This document shows, one piece after another, positions 16,745 to 31,441 of a DNA stretch of 64,000 nucleotides. The stretch is from positions 9,424,001 through 9,488,000 of the forward strand of contig OZ024758.1 of the NCBI GenBank assembly GCA_964016885.1. The letters are read 5' to 3'. Position numbers and translations under genes: made by a program. The notes under the pieces are model-generated. The model saw only the letters and a list, made by a program, of their open reading frames with translations, was not told where the DNA came from and made no database searches. This stretch comes from Eledone cirrhosa. Taxonomy: Eukaryota. Within the stretch, counting starts at the first letter, position 1; every line of letters begins with the position of its first letter.

Positions 16745-17613
16745 AATGGATATGCTTGCGTTGAGTATAGAAATATCAAATATTGATTTTGTCACAAATA
16801 TTAAAATCTATAAGACGTCATGCTGATTTAATGTATGAGAATATTGTAATAATAAGTACCGTTCCAGAGATGGAAGTAAATTAGTAAATGATAATAAACG
16901 GAACGTCTTAGTGGCTCAATGAAATGTGTCGGCACTTTGAACAACTTTGAACATCTTTCAGTAGCTTTGAAGCGTTCTTTAGTTAGACTATACTAGAGTT
17001 ATCATGGCTCTTCATGAAAGTGAATATTGTTCAATAAAAATCGACAAGAAAGTATCTTGTGTTACTAAGGAATAATACTTTAAAAATAATACATAAAAAG
17101 TAAAATAAAACAAAGAAAGACAGAGTATAGACGCCCCCCCCCTCTCCAAGAAAAAAAAACATGATTGGGTTTATGAAACCTTTGATCAATAGACCGAGCG
17201 ATTCTGAAGCTGACAGCATTTTTTCAGGAAGTAGCTATTAGGAAAGTATTATATTTGAATAATGTGACAAAAAAACGGAAAGTAAAAGAAAAAAAAAAAG
17301 AAACGACATTTATAGATGCGAGAAGGTATTGAAACTGCGAGTGAAAAACTAACAAAAAAGTAAATAACACGGAAGATGAAAGGAGATGCGCGTAGTAATA
17401 TGCGCAGTTGTTACGACATGCTGTGATCAAAACTTCAACTATTACTCCTTGCAGTTGGTAGGGGAAAATAAACCAAGGTGTTTATTGTTATAGGGTTGTA
17501 GGTTGAAGTTCCAGATGGAACACATTGGTTGCTATCCAGGACGTAAAACTACATTAATCACTCTGTGTATACACTCACATACACATAGACACTCACACAG
17601 GCCCGTGCTACGC

Positions 17614-17691
<78 letters not shown>

Positions 17692-17946
17692 TACGTCCAA
17701 ACTGCCTTATTTTCTCCTTGCGCACATACGCATACACATATAGTTGTCTATATGAGTGAATAATGTATGTAAGTATATGTGTACACACATACACTTACAC
17801 AAACACACACATATACATATATACATACATATATATATACATATATATAATATATATGCATACACACATACATAAGTAGGTGACAAACATGTTATATTTA
17901 AAACAAGACTATTCGCTAGTTTTATTATTTATATCAAGGAGATTAG

Positions 17947-18135
17947 TGTGGTGGATTGGCAGTATCGGTAGAGGGTCGGACGCCATGCTTTCCAGCATAG
18001 TTACGTCCCTTTACGATCTGAGTTCAAATCCCGCCGAGGTTGACTTTGCCTTTCATCCTTACGGGGTCGATAAAATAAAGTACCAGTAATGCACTGGGGT
18101 AATTGCTGGCCTTGTGCCTAAAGTAGAAACGATTA
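17947..18135 (+). mobile_element. tRNA-derived SINE family 1, full length (about 190 bp)
   Basis: A-box-like TGGCAGTATCGG, B-box GAGTTCAAATCCC, central GCCTTTCATCCTTACGGGGTCGATAAAATAAAGTACCAG and tail GCTGGCCTTGTGCC..AGTAGAAACAATTA. More than 20 copies in the window, for example 12640(-), 19925(-), 22460, 25508, 26610, 36608, 36726, 39490(-), 43955, 44275, 61370 and 63745. Confidence 0.9.
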
Positions 18136-18913
18136 TTTATGTCAAGCAGTTGTTTTCATATTTCTTTACTAGTTCTTTAAGCGTCGGAACAATAACGATC
18201 TTAAACCGGTGTCTTTTAATGGTTTAAAATGTTGACAACTCCATGTTGAGAGTATGAAGGATTATACCAGTATATTACTGGTATATTGTTGCCATGCTTG
18301 GTTTTAAAACATCATCTGAATGAAAGATAATCATGGATGACTCATTTAAAATGTTTTCAAAGGTTGAAGCTTGTCAGTTATTTATAATTAGTTTCACGTG
18401 TGCATAAGTCCATGATTTCCTACTATTTCTTTGATCGTTTACAGTCACAAACATGTATAATTGGGTTTGTCTATCGATACTGGATAAATCAAACAACGAA
18501 ATTCAGTCCAAAATAAAGATGGCGTGACAATCAAAGTTGATATAGTAGAAAGAGAATGCCAAAAATGTCGCCATCAATAGCTTTACATCAGACAACAAAT
18601 GGTTACAAAAGATAACACTCCATAAAATCAGACAAGCTACAAGAATTCAGAGTTATGCAGCCACCGCAGTATGAATTATAACGTCACACACACACGCACA
18701 CGCGCACGCACGCACGCACGCATGCACGCACGCACGCACGTACGCGCACACGCACGCACGCACGCAGACAGACACACAGACACACAGACACACAGACACA
18801 CACACACACACACACACACACACCATCATCATCATCGTTTAACGTCTATTTTGCACGCTAGCATGGGTTTACATATATATATATATGTATAGGTGTGTGT
18901 GTATGTATGTGTT

Positions 18914-18956
<43 letters not shown>

Positions 18957-19162
18957 ATATGTGTGTGTATATGTGTATGTGTATGCACTGGAATCAACGG
19001 TATCAACCTTGATTATACCGCAGCTGTAGAGGTTTGCAGAGGTTGACTGAGGAGCCTTTCTTTCTGTCGTTTTTTCCATTGTCTTTGTCCTGTGTGCTCC
19101 CTATTTTGAATCCCTCTCTCCCTCTCTCTCCCTCTCCCTCTCCCTCTCACCCCCTCTCTCTC

Positions 19163-19238
<76 letters not shown>

Positions 19239-20512
19239 ATATATATATATATATTGAAAATTATACAATAGATTCGATCGTTAGTGATGGAGGTGTGTTC
19301 GCTTCTGCTGTCGAATTACAAGAAGACGTGGATAATAGACTCTCTAGCACGTGACTATAATTAGGTTGGTGCTTTTAAAGAGAGAAATTTTGTTGATATA
19401 GTTGGGTAATTATGTAGACTAGGTGTGCATGATGCTAATTAAAAATAATATAAAACGATATACTAATTGGTGCTTTGATGTAGAGCTGTAGAGCTTAGTA
19501 ATTGTGTAAAGGTGACACATCTGATATTCATTAGTCCAAAGTTATATCTTTAACATTTATTTGGAACCAATATGATGTGGTCGGTTATGTGGATTAATAA
19601 ATAAGATTTTCAAGTGACATTTTCTTCGTTAACAATTTTGCCAATATCCCCCCCCCCCCGCCAAAAAAAAAAAAAATAATCGATCGATAAGATGGCAGAC
19701 CTCAGTCACTTATCGAGTCAGTTGGTGCTCGTCAGATCGAACCAAGGAAACATTGTTTCCCTTGGTGATACCATTTACCGATCACAGCTCCTGGCGGAAG
19801 GAACAACGTAAAATAAAGTGTCTTGCTGAAGGATATAACGGCCGGTCCGAGAATCGAACTCGCAATCTCATAATTGCGAATCTAATTCTCAAACTCCAAA
19901 GCCACCCGCCTTCACTAGAGTAATGATTTCTACTCTAGGCACAAGGCCAGCAATTTGGGGAGAGGAGAAAGTTGATTAAATCTACCCTAGTGCCTTACTG
20001 GTACTTTATTTTAGGATGAAAGGCAAAGCTAATCTCGGCGGGATTTGAATTCAGAAAGTAAAGTGACGTAACTCTATGCCGCAAAGCATGTTGTCCGACG
20101 CTCTACCGATTCTGTCAATTCACAGCCTTCACTAAATTAATAAGAAAGTTATACTGTTAAAATCTCTTGCACAACTCCCTGCCTTATCCTTTTTTATATT
20201 AAACCAATCCACAACTAAACTTTGAATAATTGTAACATTATGAGACTCCCCTCCTAAACACCAATAATAATCACAAGGTATGAGTCTACCCTAGGGTAAA
20301 TTAAATTTGTTCAGGGTGGCATGCTGTGAGATAGAACCCGGGACCTGATGATTGAGAAGCGAATTTCTTAACCATTTGACCATATATAGAGACATACGCA
20401 CGCACACACTCATACGCACACACAAACTCATACACGTGCACACACATATATATATATGCATGTATATATGTATGTATATATACATATATGCATATATGTA
20501 TATATATGTGTA

Positions 20513-20596
<84 letters not shown>

Positions 20597-20934
20597 GGAG
20601 AGATTATTTTTAGTAGCAATTGGCGACAAATAAAGTATTGTTTAAAATTTAAACAATACTTTATTTGTCACGTGATCTCATATCACCATTTAAACTTTAA
20701 ATGGTGATATGAAATCTCACGTGATAATAAATATATATCATTGCACAAACACACACACACACACATATATAGCATAATTAATGAGAAAGTCCATTTCATG
20801 ACTCATCTATATTGGAGTAGAATCTATTCTCAACAGAGCTAAATATTATTGGAATAATATAGGAAAGTGATCATGTGCTTACATTAGTATGGATTTTAGA
20901 AAAGTCTTTAAAATAAGCCTGTCTCCAGAATTCA

Positions 20935-20989
<55 letters not shown>

Positions 20990-21140
20990 ATATATATATA
21001 GTTGTTATATAGTAAGGTGCATTAATGGTTGTGTAAAATTGTCCAATAACTTTATGTTAGCAATATTAAGTTCTCCACGCTTTTGTATATCTCCAATTCC
21101 ATTCAAGGGAACAGCTAGATGATGCAAAACGGAGTATAAG

Positions 21141-21503
21141 TATCAAAATGAAAATCCGAAGCCAAGGTAAAATTCCAATTATTTAATCACGACACATGTT
21201 TCAATAAGAGATAGATCGATTGTGACGCCATGATCGATTATCACTGATCTCATCAGGTGAAAATGAATTGTCTTCAAATTCTTCATATGAGGGAGAAAAA
21301 AAAACGATGTTCTCTGAGGGAATGAATTCTGTGAGAGAACATCGTTTTTTTCTCTCCCTCATATCAAGAATTTGAAGACAATTCATTTTCACCTGATGAG
21401 ATCAGTGATAAACGATCATGGCTTCACAATCGATCTATCTCTTATTGAAACAGGTGTCGTGATTAAATGATTGGAATTTTACCTTGGCTTCGGATTTTCA
21501 TTT

Positions 21504-21508
<5 letters not shown>
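21141..21508. mobile_element. About 175-bp inverted repeat pair, each arm carrying a hammerhead motif (Penelope-like inverted pseudo-LTR)
   Basis: Arms 21141-21315 and 21334-21508 are near-perfect reverse complements. The plus arm reads TCAC-CTGATGA(21393)-...-GAAAC-AGGT-GTC-GTGA(21462) and the minus arm reads ..GAAACATGTGTCGTGA. Confidence 0.75.
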
Positions 21509-21545
<37 letters not shown>

Positions 21546-21724
21546 GATATTAACAAATCGAAACTATATTTATAAAACCATATTTATTTCATTATACATA
21601 TTTCAAGGAGACCAAGTTAAATTATGGTGCGCTTTCATCAGATAAAATATAATATAGATCAGTTTTATAAATAAATATTGACATACCCTTAAAGAATGCA
21701 ACCATTACTGTTGGAAGCTCCCGG

Positions 21725-21796
<72 letters not shown>

Positions 21797-22574
21797 CATA
21801 TTTTACATGTCTTTCTCTTTCTCCACCCACTTCTTTTTATCCCAATAACTTATTTTAGTTATTGAATCGCCCCAGGCTGAGGTATCTTGTCTCTAACGCG
21901 AAGAAATACCTATGATGCCTAGTAGACAACGGATGATGGATAATCCTAACTTCTAATTTCTAATTTCATCCAACATTCTAACACCTCTGACGCCGCCTAT
22001 GTTGGTATATATAAATATTAAAAAGCAAACATAGTATTGTATGAATGGTCTATCAGGAATGCTGTTTAAAATAGAACAGTCGATGTCTATGATAAGGTTC
22101 TATTTGTAAACAATATTTCTATACTTATCCTTTCATCTCAATAGTTCTTTGAATCACTACTGTCTATGTTTTTGTTGAGCTGTATTTTCTTTTCAGTTTT
22201 ATTTAAGTAGGAACTTCAGTTACTTGAATATTTTCTATTTTCTGTCAGTATATTTTAGTTGCTTCAATAACAGCTAGATATATCGTCTAGCTTCTAAACA
22301 ATAAGTGTGCTCATCTTTGACATTTAATACTGCAGGAGTCCATCTTGATTCGCTTTTCATAACTCGAGGAACCCTAATCCACCACTCAGGAGGGGGTTTC
22401 AGGATTCTTGAAGGGAAATCATTTTCACTTTGAACATTTCATTATAACTATTTGCACTAGGGCGGTGGATTGGCAGTATCGGTAGAGCGTCGGACAATAT
22501 GCTTTGCAGCATATAGTTGCATCCCTTTGTAATAGCTTGATCAAAGAAACAAGAATGAGTGTTAGTGTTATTGG

Positions 22575-22678
22575 TGTATATATATATATATATATATATG
22601 TGTGTATATATATATGTGTATATATATATATATATGTGTATATATATATATATATGTGTATATATATATATATATGTG

Positions 22679-22714
<36 letters not shown>

Positions 22715-22904
22715 TGTGTATATATATATATATATGTGTATATATATATATATATGTGTATATATATATATATATGTGTATATATATATATATGTGTATA
22801 TATATATATATGTGTATATATATATATATGTGTATATATATATATATATGTGTATATATATATATATATATGTGTATATATATATATATATGTGTATATA
22901 TATA

Positions 22905-22935
<31 letters not shown>

Positions 22936-23404
22936 GTGTATATATATATATATATGTGTATATATATATATATATGTGTATATATATATATATATGTGTA
23001 TATATATATATATATGTGTATATATATATATATGTGTATATATATATATATGTGTGTATATATATATATATGTGTGTATATATATATATATGTGTGTATA
23101 TATATATATATGTGTATATATATATATATATGTGTATATATATATATATATGTGTATATATATATATATATGTGTATATATATATATATATGTGTATATA
23201 TATATATGTGTATATATATATATATGTGTATATATATATATATGTGTATATATATATATATGTGTATATATATATATATGTGTATATATATATATATATG
23301 TGTATATATATGTGTATATATATATATATGTGTATATATATATATATGTGTATATATATATATATGTGTATATATATATATATGTGTATATATATATATA
23401 TGTG

Positions 23405-23437
<33 letters not shown>

Positions 23438-23533
23438 GTGTATATATATATATATGTGTATATATATATATATGTGTATATATATATATATGTGTGTATA
23501 TATATATATGTGTATATATATATGTGTATATAT

Positions 23534-23573
<40 letters not shown>

Positions 23574-23583
23574 GTGTATATAT

Positions 23584-23623
<40 letters not shown>

Positions 23624-23818
23624 GTGTATATATATATGTATATATATATATGTGTATATATATATATATGTATATATATATATGTGTATATATATATATG
23701 TGTATATATATATATGTGTATATATATATATGTGTATATATATATATATATGTGTATATATATATGTGTATATATATATGTGTATATATATATATATGTG
23801 TATATATATATATATGTG

Positions 23819-23875
<57 letters not shown>

Positions 23876-24056
23876 GTGTATATATATATATATGTGTATA
23901 TATATATATATGTGTATATATATATATATGTGTATATATATATATATGTGTATATATATATATATGTGTATATATATATGTGTATATATATATATGTGTA
24001 TATATATATATGTGTATATATATATATGTGTATATATATATATGTGTGTATATATG

Positions 24057-24105
<49 letters not shown>

Positions 24106-24128
24106 GTGTATATATATATGTATATGTG

Positions 24129-24177
<49 letters not shown>

Positions 24178-24200
24178 GTGTATATATATATGTATATGTG

Positions 24201-24231
<31 letters not shown>

Positions 24232-24526
24232 GTGTATATATATATATATGTGTATATATATATATATGTGTATATATATATATATGTGTATATATATATA
24301 TGTGTATATATATATATGTGTATATATATATATATATGTGTATATATATATATGTGTATATATATATATATATGTGTATATATATATGTGTATATATATA
24401 TATATGTGTATATATATATATATGTGTATATATATATATATGTGTATATATATATATATGTGTATATATATATATATATGTGTATATATATATATATGTG
24501 TATATATATATATATGTGTATATATA

Positions 24527-24605
<79 letters not shown>
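22575..24605. repeat. About 2 kb (TA)n array punctuated by TG/TGTG
   Basis: Directly visible; source of the 670-750 aa pseudo-ORFs. Confidence 0.97.
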
Positions 24606-24611
<6 letters not shown>

Positions 24612-24983
24612 CAATAACACTCATTCTTGTTTCTTTGATCAAACTATTACTGCTATGATACCTTACATGGAATTAATAAATATGTCACAGCCATAATTAC
24701 TTCATATTTAATCAATATTATGACTGAGAACATATTTATTACAAATATACAAATGAAAAATCTCTTTAATTTAATTTAATCTAATTCTAATAAATAGCTT
24801 TAATTTGAAAATTAGTATTGATTTTGTTATTTTCCACAAAAGTTGAATAAGTAAAAATGATAACTATTGTACTTATGTGACATCTAATATTACCCAGAAT
24901 TCTAAATATGTACCAACATTACCTGTTATTTGGATAACAGTCGAGTACATAATATTTACTGTATAAACTACACATACACACAT

Positions 24984-25109
<126 letters not shown>

Positions 25110-26609
25110 CGAAGGAAATGTGGTAAGGAACCAGGTGGACCATAACGCACCAAAGTACTCAATACTTAGGGTAGTAGAGTGGGTAATAGGAACCAGTAAA
25201 GACCCCGACGGCTGAGCTCAAGCCGTTTCGACGGCTAATTCCAGAATATATATATATATATATATATTAGAAAGTGAGGTTATTTTTACAAAATGAAAAA
25301 TAACCGAGGTGTCCTACACGAGTGAAAGTATAAAGAAAAAAAGATGAAATCGAAAATGCAACTGGAGTCTTATTTAAAAAATATATATATATATTTATTT
25401 CGTTCCTTTACCGGTTTCGCAGTTCTTCTGCTTTTCAAAAGTAGAGTTGAGATGGAGGGTCTGTGGTTTTTATGACATATATATATTTATTTATTATTAT
25501 TATATATAGGCGGCGGATTGGCAGTATCGGTAGAGGGTCGGACGCCATGCTTTTGACGCATAGAGTTACAGCCCTTGCCATTCTGAGTTGAAATCCCACC
25601 GAAGTTAACTTTGCCTTTCATCCTTACGGGGTCGATAAAATAAAGTAGCTTCTGTATTTTTTTTATATCTCCATAGTTAATTTATTTGGCAATCAATGTT
25701 TATCATTGATTGACCAGCGGTTATATCGATAGTCTATCGACAAGATCCCAGACCTCATTCACTTAACAAGTAGGGTGGAGGTCGTCAAATCGGACCAAGG
25801 AAACAATGTTTTCAATGGTCTTTCCAATACTATCTATTGGTCGCAACTCCAGGCAGAAGGAGCAACGTGAAATAAAGTGTCTTGCTCAAGGACATAACCC
25901 ATTGCCCGGTCCAGGAATCGAAATCAGAACCTCACGATTGCGAATCCAATTCTCTAACCACCCAAAAGCATGCACTGGAACATTGTGAAATAAAGTGCTT
26001 TGCTCAAGAACGCAACACGATGCCAGGTCCGGTAATCGAACACACGAACTTTCGATAATGAGCTGAACACTCTAACCATCAACCCTAACCACCAACCCTA
26101 ACCACTAATCCTTGCGCCTCCACACTTAAGAAGAATTCATAAACAAAAAGCTGCGTTGTTTTCATGACTTACCAGATTAATTCAATATCAGAATTCAATT
26201 AGAAATTATTTCGTATATGTATAAACTGAACGGTGGTGTATTTATATAAACACAAAGTTATATGGCAACTAATTTCAATACATTAACGTAAAATATATCA
26301 TTTGTGATGTCTGTGCATAGTTTTGTTTTATTAATCAGCAAACCAGACGAACTAATAAGTGTATTTCCCCGAAAATAGCCAGATATGGCGGTTTCTTCCT
26401 ATATAGTTCCAGCACTGGTATTAACCAAAGCTATTAATTAGTTTCTCTTTATTAATGAAAGGTTATTAAAGAAATTCTTTCTATATTCATTTTTAATTTC
26501 GATTGCTTTCTATTTGGAAAATTTTATTAGAAGCAGCTTCCATGTTGAACAAAAACCAAAATAGCAGCAAATGGCTGCAACTAATTCTGCAGCCAAACTG
26601 ATCCACATT

Positions 26610-26791
26610 TTGGCAGTATCGGTAGAGGGTCGGACGACATGCTTTGACGCATAGAGTTATGGTCCTTGCCATTCTGAGTTCAAATCCCGCCGAGGTTAAC
26701 TTTGCCTTTCATCCTTACGGGGTCGATAAAATAAAGTACCAGTAATGCACTGGGTAATTGCTGGCCTTGTGCCAAATGTAGAAACAATTAT
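26610..26791 (+). mobile_element. tRNA-derived SINE family 1, young copy
   Basis: Nearly identical to 38210-38398 and 49597-49778(-). Confidence 0.9.
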
Positions 26792-26855
26792 TAAATGCGC
26801 CCCAACTTCTGTTTTAAAAGATTATATGGTGTAGGTCAGGCTTCTGCCTGATACT

Positions 26856-27170
26856 CTGTACCATTTAACATAGTACAACCTGCTTCATAGTCGAGTGGTC
26901 AGTGACTAAACTGATTCTCCCACTAGACCCTGGTCTGGTGAGGAGGGTAAGTGGAACCCCAGCAGCACAAAAACAAGAGCTTTTAAAAGGGTGGATGAAC
27001 ACCTCAGAGTCAACGGTCATCCACTCCAAGTATGGGTTAAATAGCCTCACTAACCTACAATTGGCCAAGAGTGGTAAGTACAGTTACACCCCTGACATGT
27101 CCCAAAATAAACAGAAAGTGGTGGATGGCAACCATGGAGGGGGTCCTCCAAAAGGAGTGAGAAAGCCCTG
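26856..27170 (+). mobile_element. 5' portion of an RTE-derived non-autonomous element (diverged subfamily)
   Basis: The first ~135 bp are almost identical to 33127-33262. It shares the AGTACAACCTG..GACTAAACTG..TGGTGAGGAGGGT motifs with 47521 and 48128. Confidence 0.6.
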
Positions 27171-28086
27171 GATTGGATTGGTGTATGATTTTAGAAAGAT
27201 TTGGCTGCTATCTCTAGCAGGTTAAGTGGCTATGCAAAGGCTCCTACGATGACCCGAATAATTTAAGACATTTTCACTCAGTGTAGTCTATAGAACACAG
27301 CGATTCTTCATCTAATATATCGTAAATATATGTATCGTGATTATAGTTTTTCAAATTGTTAACTATTCCTTCTTTGATCTTAACTACAACGCGGAGAAGC
27401 GAATAGAGTTTTTAGAATTGTGAAAATTCTTCCAAGTTTCTGTATTAGTGATCATACTTTATAATTTCCGTAAATTCCGCAAACCGGGAAAGTCGTAATG
27501 TGGTGAATGCCTGCAGTTATAATTGACACTCTTCAATGTTTGATATTTTTTCACCCCCCCCCAGTTTTTAAAATGATCAAGTTGAGCTGACAGTATGTGG
27601 GATGGGAGTATTATCTCTATCTCATTTACCACAGGAACAGTACAAATCTTATAACTGAATTTAGCAAATAACGATTTCTTATTTCCCAACATATTTTGAA
27701 ATACTAGTTACCTGGTACAAAAAAAAAAAAAAAAAAAAGAAGAAAAATGTATCTAGAAATATATGTATCTTCGAAATATTAGAATATTTTTTTCAAGGAT
27801 CGGAAGAGGGATCGGCAATTCAGAAGCAATGGTGATAGTACGATAGATTACTAGCGATAATTTACGATATAGATATGCTTTAAGAATTTCCTGCTCAAGG
27901 AAGTAGGAAGGTAGGGTAAAAGACGCTAAAAGTAAAAAGAAAAAAGAAATATCGGATGGAAAAAGGAAGGAAGAAATCCACTGAATTAGTTTACGGATCT
28001 CCTTATCATGAGGAAATGGTAGGAGTCTTAATGACAATTGGAGCAATTAATTTACTGCTGCTAAAGGTAGTTAAATCTAGAGAGCG

Positions 28087-28795
28087 GTAAATACGAAGGA
28101 AGCTACTGAAATACACATACATACATACAATCATACATATATACATACACACATACGTACATATATACATACGCACACATACATAAATACATACATACAT
28201 ACGTACATATATACATACGCACACATACATAAATACATACATACATATATACATTCATACATACATACATATATACATACACACATACATACATATATAC
28301 ATTCATACATACATACATATATACATACACACATATATATATATACATTCATACACACACATACATACATATATACATACATACACACATACATACATAT
28401 ATACATTCATACATACATACATATATACATACACACATACATACATATATACATTCATACATACATACATATATACATACACACATATATATATATACAT
28501 TCATACACACACATACATACATATATACATACACACATACATACATACATATATACATTCATACATACATACATATATACATACACACATACATACATAT
28601 ATACATTCATACACACACACACATAAATACATACATACATATATACATGGTGGCTGCCAACTCGTTTTCGAGTACGGCCACTACTTTATATCCATGTAGG
28701 AGAACCCCTACCGATGCGCCGAACATACACACATACATACATATATACATTCATACATACATACATACATACATATATACATACACCCATACATA
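28087..28795. repeat. (CATA)n-derived compound array containing a 77-bp retroelement 3' end
   Basis: 28648-28724 is the reverse complement of the 3' terminus of 48128-48763. Confidence 0.85.
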
Positions 28796-29919
28796 CAGAG
28801 GAGGAAAATAATTTCCAAATTTAGTAACCAACAAGAAGAAACTAGTTTCGTGTCATTCTGAGAAAGATGTAGTGTCAGAGCCTCATATATAAGCAAGTTA
28901 AATGCGGAATGAAAAAAATTATATTCTCTTCACCTAAACAAAAGTAATCACAAGTTCTAAGCTTTGCACTTTTCCTAAATATGTGGTATTGTATAAATAA
29001 AAATACATCATTAGTCATAAATTCTTGCAAGCGTTTCACTTCTCGGGATAAAAAAAAAGCATAACAATAACGAAATGCTCGAAGAAGAGGTACCCCAAAC
29101 ACCCAAACACCGACTACGACTACATCAACAAGAAAGGATTTTGTGATAATTAAACAAACAGCGATGAACTGAACTGTTCTAGCTCTGAGGAAAAAGTTAT
29201 GCCATATGAAAAAAGAAAAATATCTATGTTGCCATCCGTTTCAACCAAACAACTGTTTCATAATGACAAAGGAGCAATCTATAGCATAAGCTAATCTTAA
29301 AGTTCCAACCATGTTGAAACTATTTTCATTTCCGACATCAATTGGCATTTGCATTCGTTTCTCCATTAAATATTTCTGGCTTTTTCTCTCTTCTCATTCT
29401 TGTATTTCTTACCTTTGTTTTTTTCCCTATGTTCAAATTCAATTAACATTTTCTATAAACAACGTTTTTCACGTCTAATATTTCCTGAGTCTACACTTCT
29501 CTCACGGTGATGTCATCTAGTTTTGCTGATCGGTTAAAACGATTAATTCCAACTTGATCCGTCACGGATAGCATATGAAAGAAGAAACAGGTAAAAAAAA
29601 AGAAAAAAAAACAACTATCAATAGTCAAATGTATCGATTCCGATTAGTCATTTCCGTTATTTGGAAAGTAAGTTTATAACATTCTTTGATAAATAAATCT
29701 TCACTTGGTTGTTGGCAAACCTAATGAGGTATAGAGAAAGTAAAGAACCGATAGTTAGATCGAACGAAACAGCGTTTCGATGTATCCGTTGGTCTTTCCT
29801 TTGCTGATACGATCTGCCGGTCGTAATTCAGAAGGAGCAATATGAAATAAATTATTTTGCTTAAGAATACAACGCACCATCTAGTGAAGAACCTCATGGC
29901 TCTAACACACAGTTTACAC

Positions 29920-30062
29920 CAGGCATGGGCAACCTTTTTCGAGCAGTGGGCCGCATAGGTTGTAGCTGATCATAAGGCGGGCCGCACTACTAAAAGATTC
30001 AAGGCAATTTTGAAAGTAGGCGTGCAATTCAGAAAGCCAAACAGGCCGCAGTTTGTTCATTG
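29920..30062. mobile_element. hAT (Charlie-type) MITE
   Basis: Starts CAGGCATGGGCAACC, has internal GGGCCGCA repeats and a degenerate right TIR. Perfect 8-bp target duplication GTTTACAC at 29912-29919 and 30063-30070. Confidence 0.8.
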
Positions 30063-30256
30063 GTTTACACCAATATTATGATTGAGAATATAACATTTTC
30101 TAAGATATTTATTGCAAGCTCGGTATTTAAATTTTAATTTTTGAAACTAGGACTATTGATCTGGTTAAATCGTTAAAGTGTCGGATAAAATTTTTATTTC
30201 TTCCGGCTCTTTGTAATTTAATTTCAGCAACAACCACAATAGAATCCACATGTCCG

Positions 30257-30295
<39 letters not shown>

Positions 30296-30495
30296 GGCAC
30301 AACACGCTCCTGAAGTTGAGGGTTGTTCTATCGACGGGGTATAAAACAACCCATTTGTAGCGCTTCCCCCCCTATTGGGGATTTCGATTGTTATAATTGT
30401 TTGTTTTATATTTTTTTACACGATTGTATGTAAAATTCCCGGCATGTCTTTGTATTGTCCCCTTTTCTTGTGTGCCCTTGTGGCAAATAAAGAAA
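30296..30495 (+). mobile_element. LINE-like 3' end inserted in (ATCT)n; second copy at 35654-35706
   Basis: Shared terminus TTTGTATT.GTCCCC..TT..TGTGCCC.TGTGGC.AATAAAGAAA followed by (ATCT)n, with (ATCT)n also on the 5' side at both loci. Confidence 0.6.
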
Positions 30496-30654
30496 TCTAT
30501 CTATCTATCCGTCTGTCTGTCTGTCTATATATATGAGTAATTATAATGGAGGAGTCCACTATTATATTTGGTAAGGTGTGATAAGTTGAATGTGCACTTC
30601 AGGTCGATCGCAAGCAGGAATTCGAGTCCAACCGAAAATGTACTTCAACACACG

Positions 30655-30689
<35 letters not shown>

Positions 30690-31441
30690 ACGCACACGAA
30701 CACGCACACGCACACGCGCACACACACACACACACACACCGAGACTAAATGCATGTTTATTATACGTAAATATATTCTAAATGGGTTCATGTCACCTTTA
30801 ATCTGAACAACGTTCTATAGTGTTATCGCCATACACACATATACATGCATGCACACACACACATATATACACATAGGTAAATATAGATTTGTGTGTGTGT
30901 GTGTATGCGTATGCGTATGTGTATGTGTATGCATGGGATATAGAGAGATAGAGAAAGAGTCACGGAAAATTGGATTTATAAATAGATGGATACATTAGCA
31001 CATAAGTCTGTGGTAATGTAGTATTCTGTGCGTCATCCTCATCAAATCTATATATCACTGTTCTTATTACAGGTACAGAGAGAGAAAGAGAGAGATAGAG
31101 AGAGAGGGGGGGGATAGATTAGGGAGAGGGGGGGGGGGCTACATTAAAATGGCGTTTATCTTTTGTTAAAGCCCCTACTGACTTAACTGTTTTATAAATG
31201 TCAATTTTTAATGCAAAAATATGCATTTCCTGGAAATGCTTTAAGATTTGTTGCAACATCGATCGTTGACTTAATCCATGGTTAGGTTTAGCATCACTAA
31301 CTGGCTGCTGGGCGCCTCGAGTGGAGTTTACTTTGTTGCTAGCGGATAGTGTCTATATAATTTATTCATTAGAAATGCCCTTTAAATGAAGTCAATTTAA
31401 AAATTATCGTATTTTGTGGGTGTACGTATTGTGTTGTGGAG

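Noticed and set aside
26070-26110. Telomere-like CCCTAA repeats
   Set aside because: Only two units, explained by a small duplication in the reverse-complemented SINE head.
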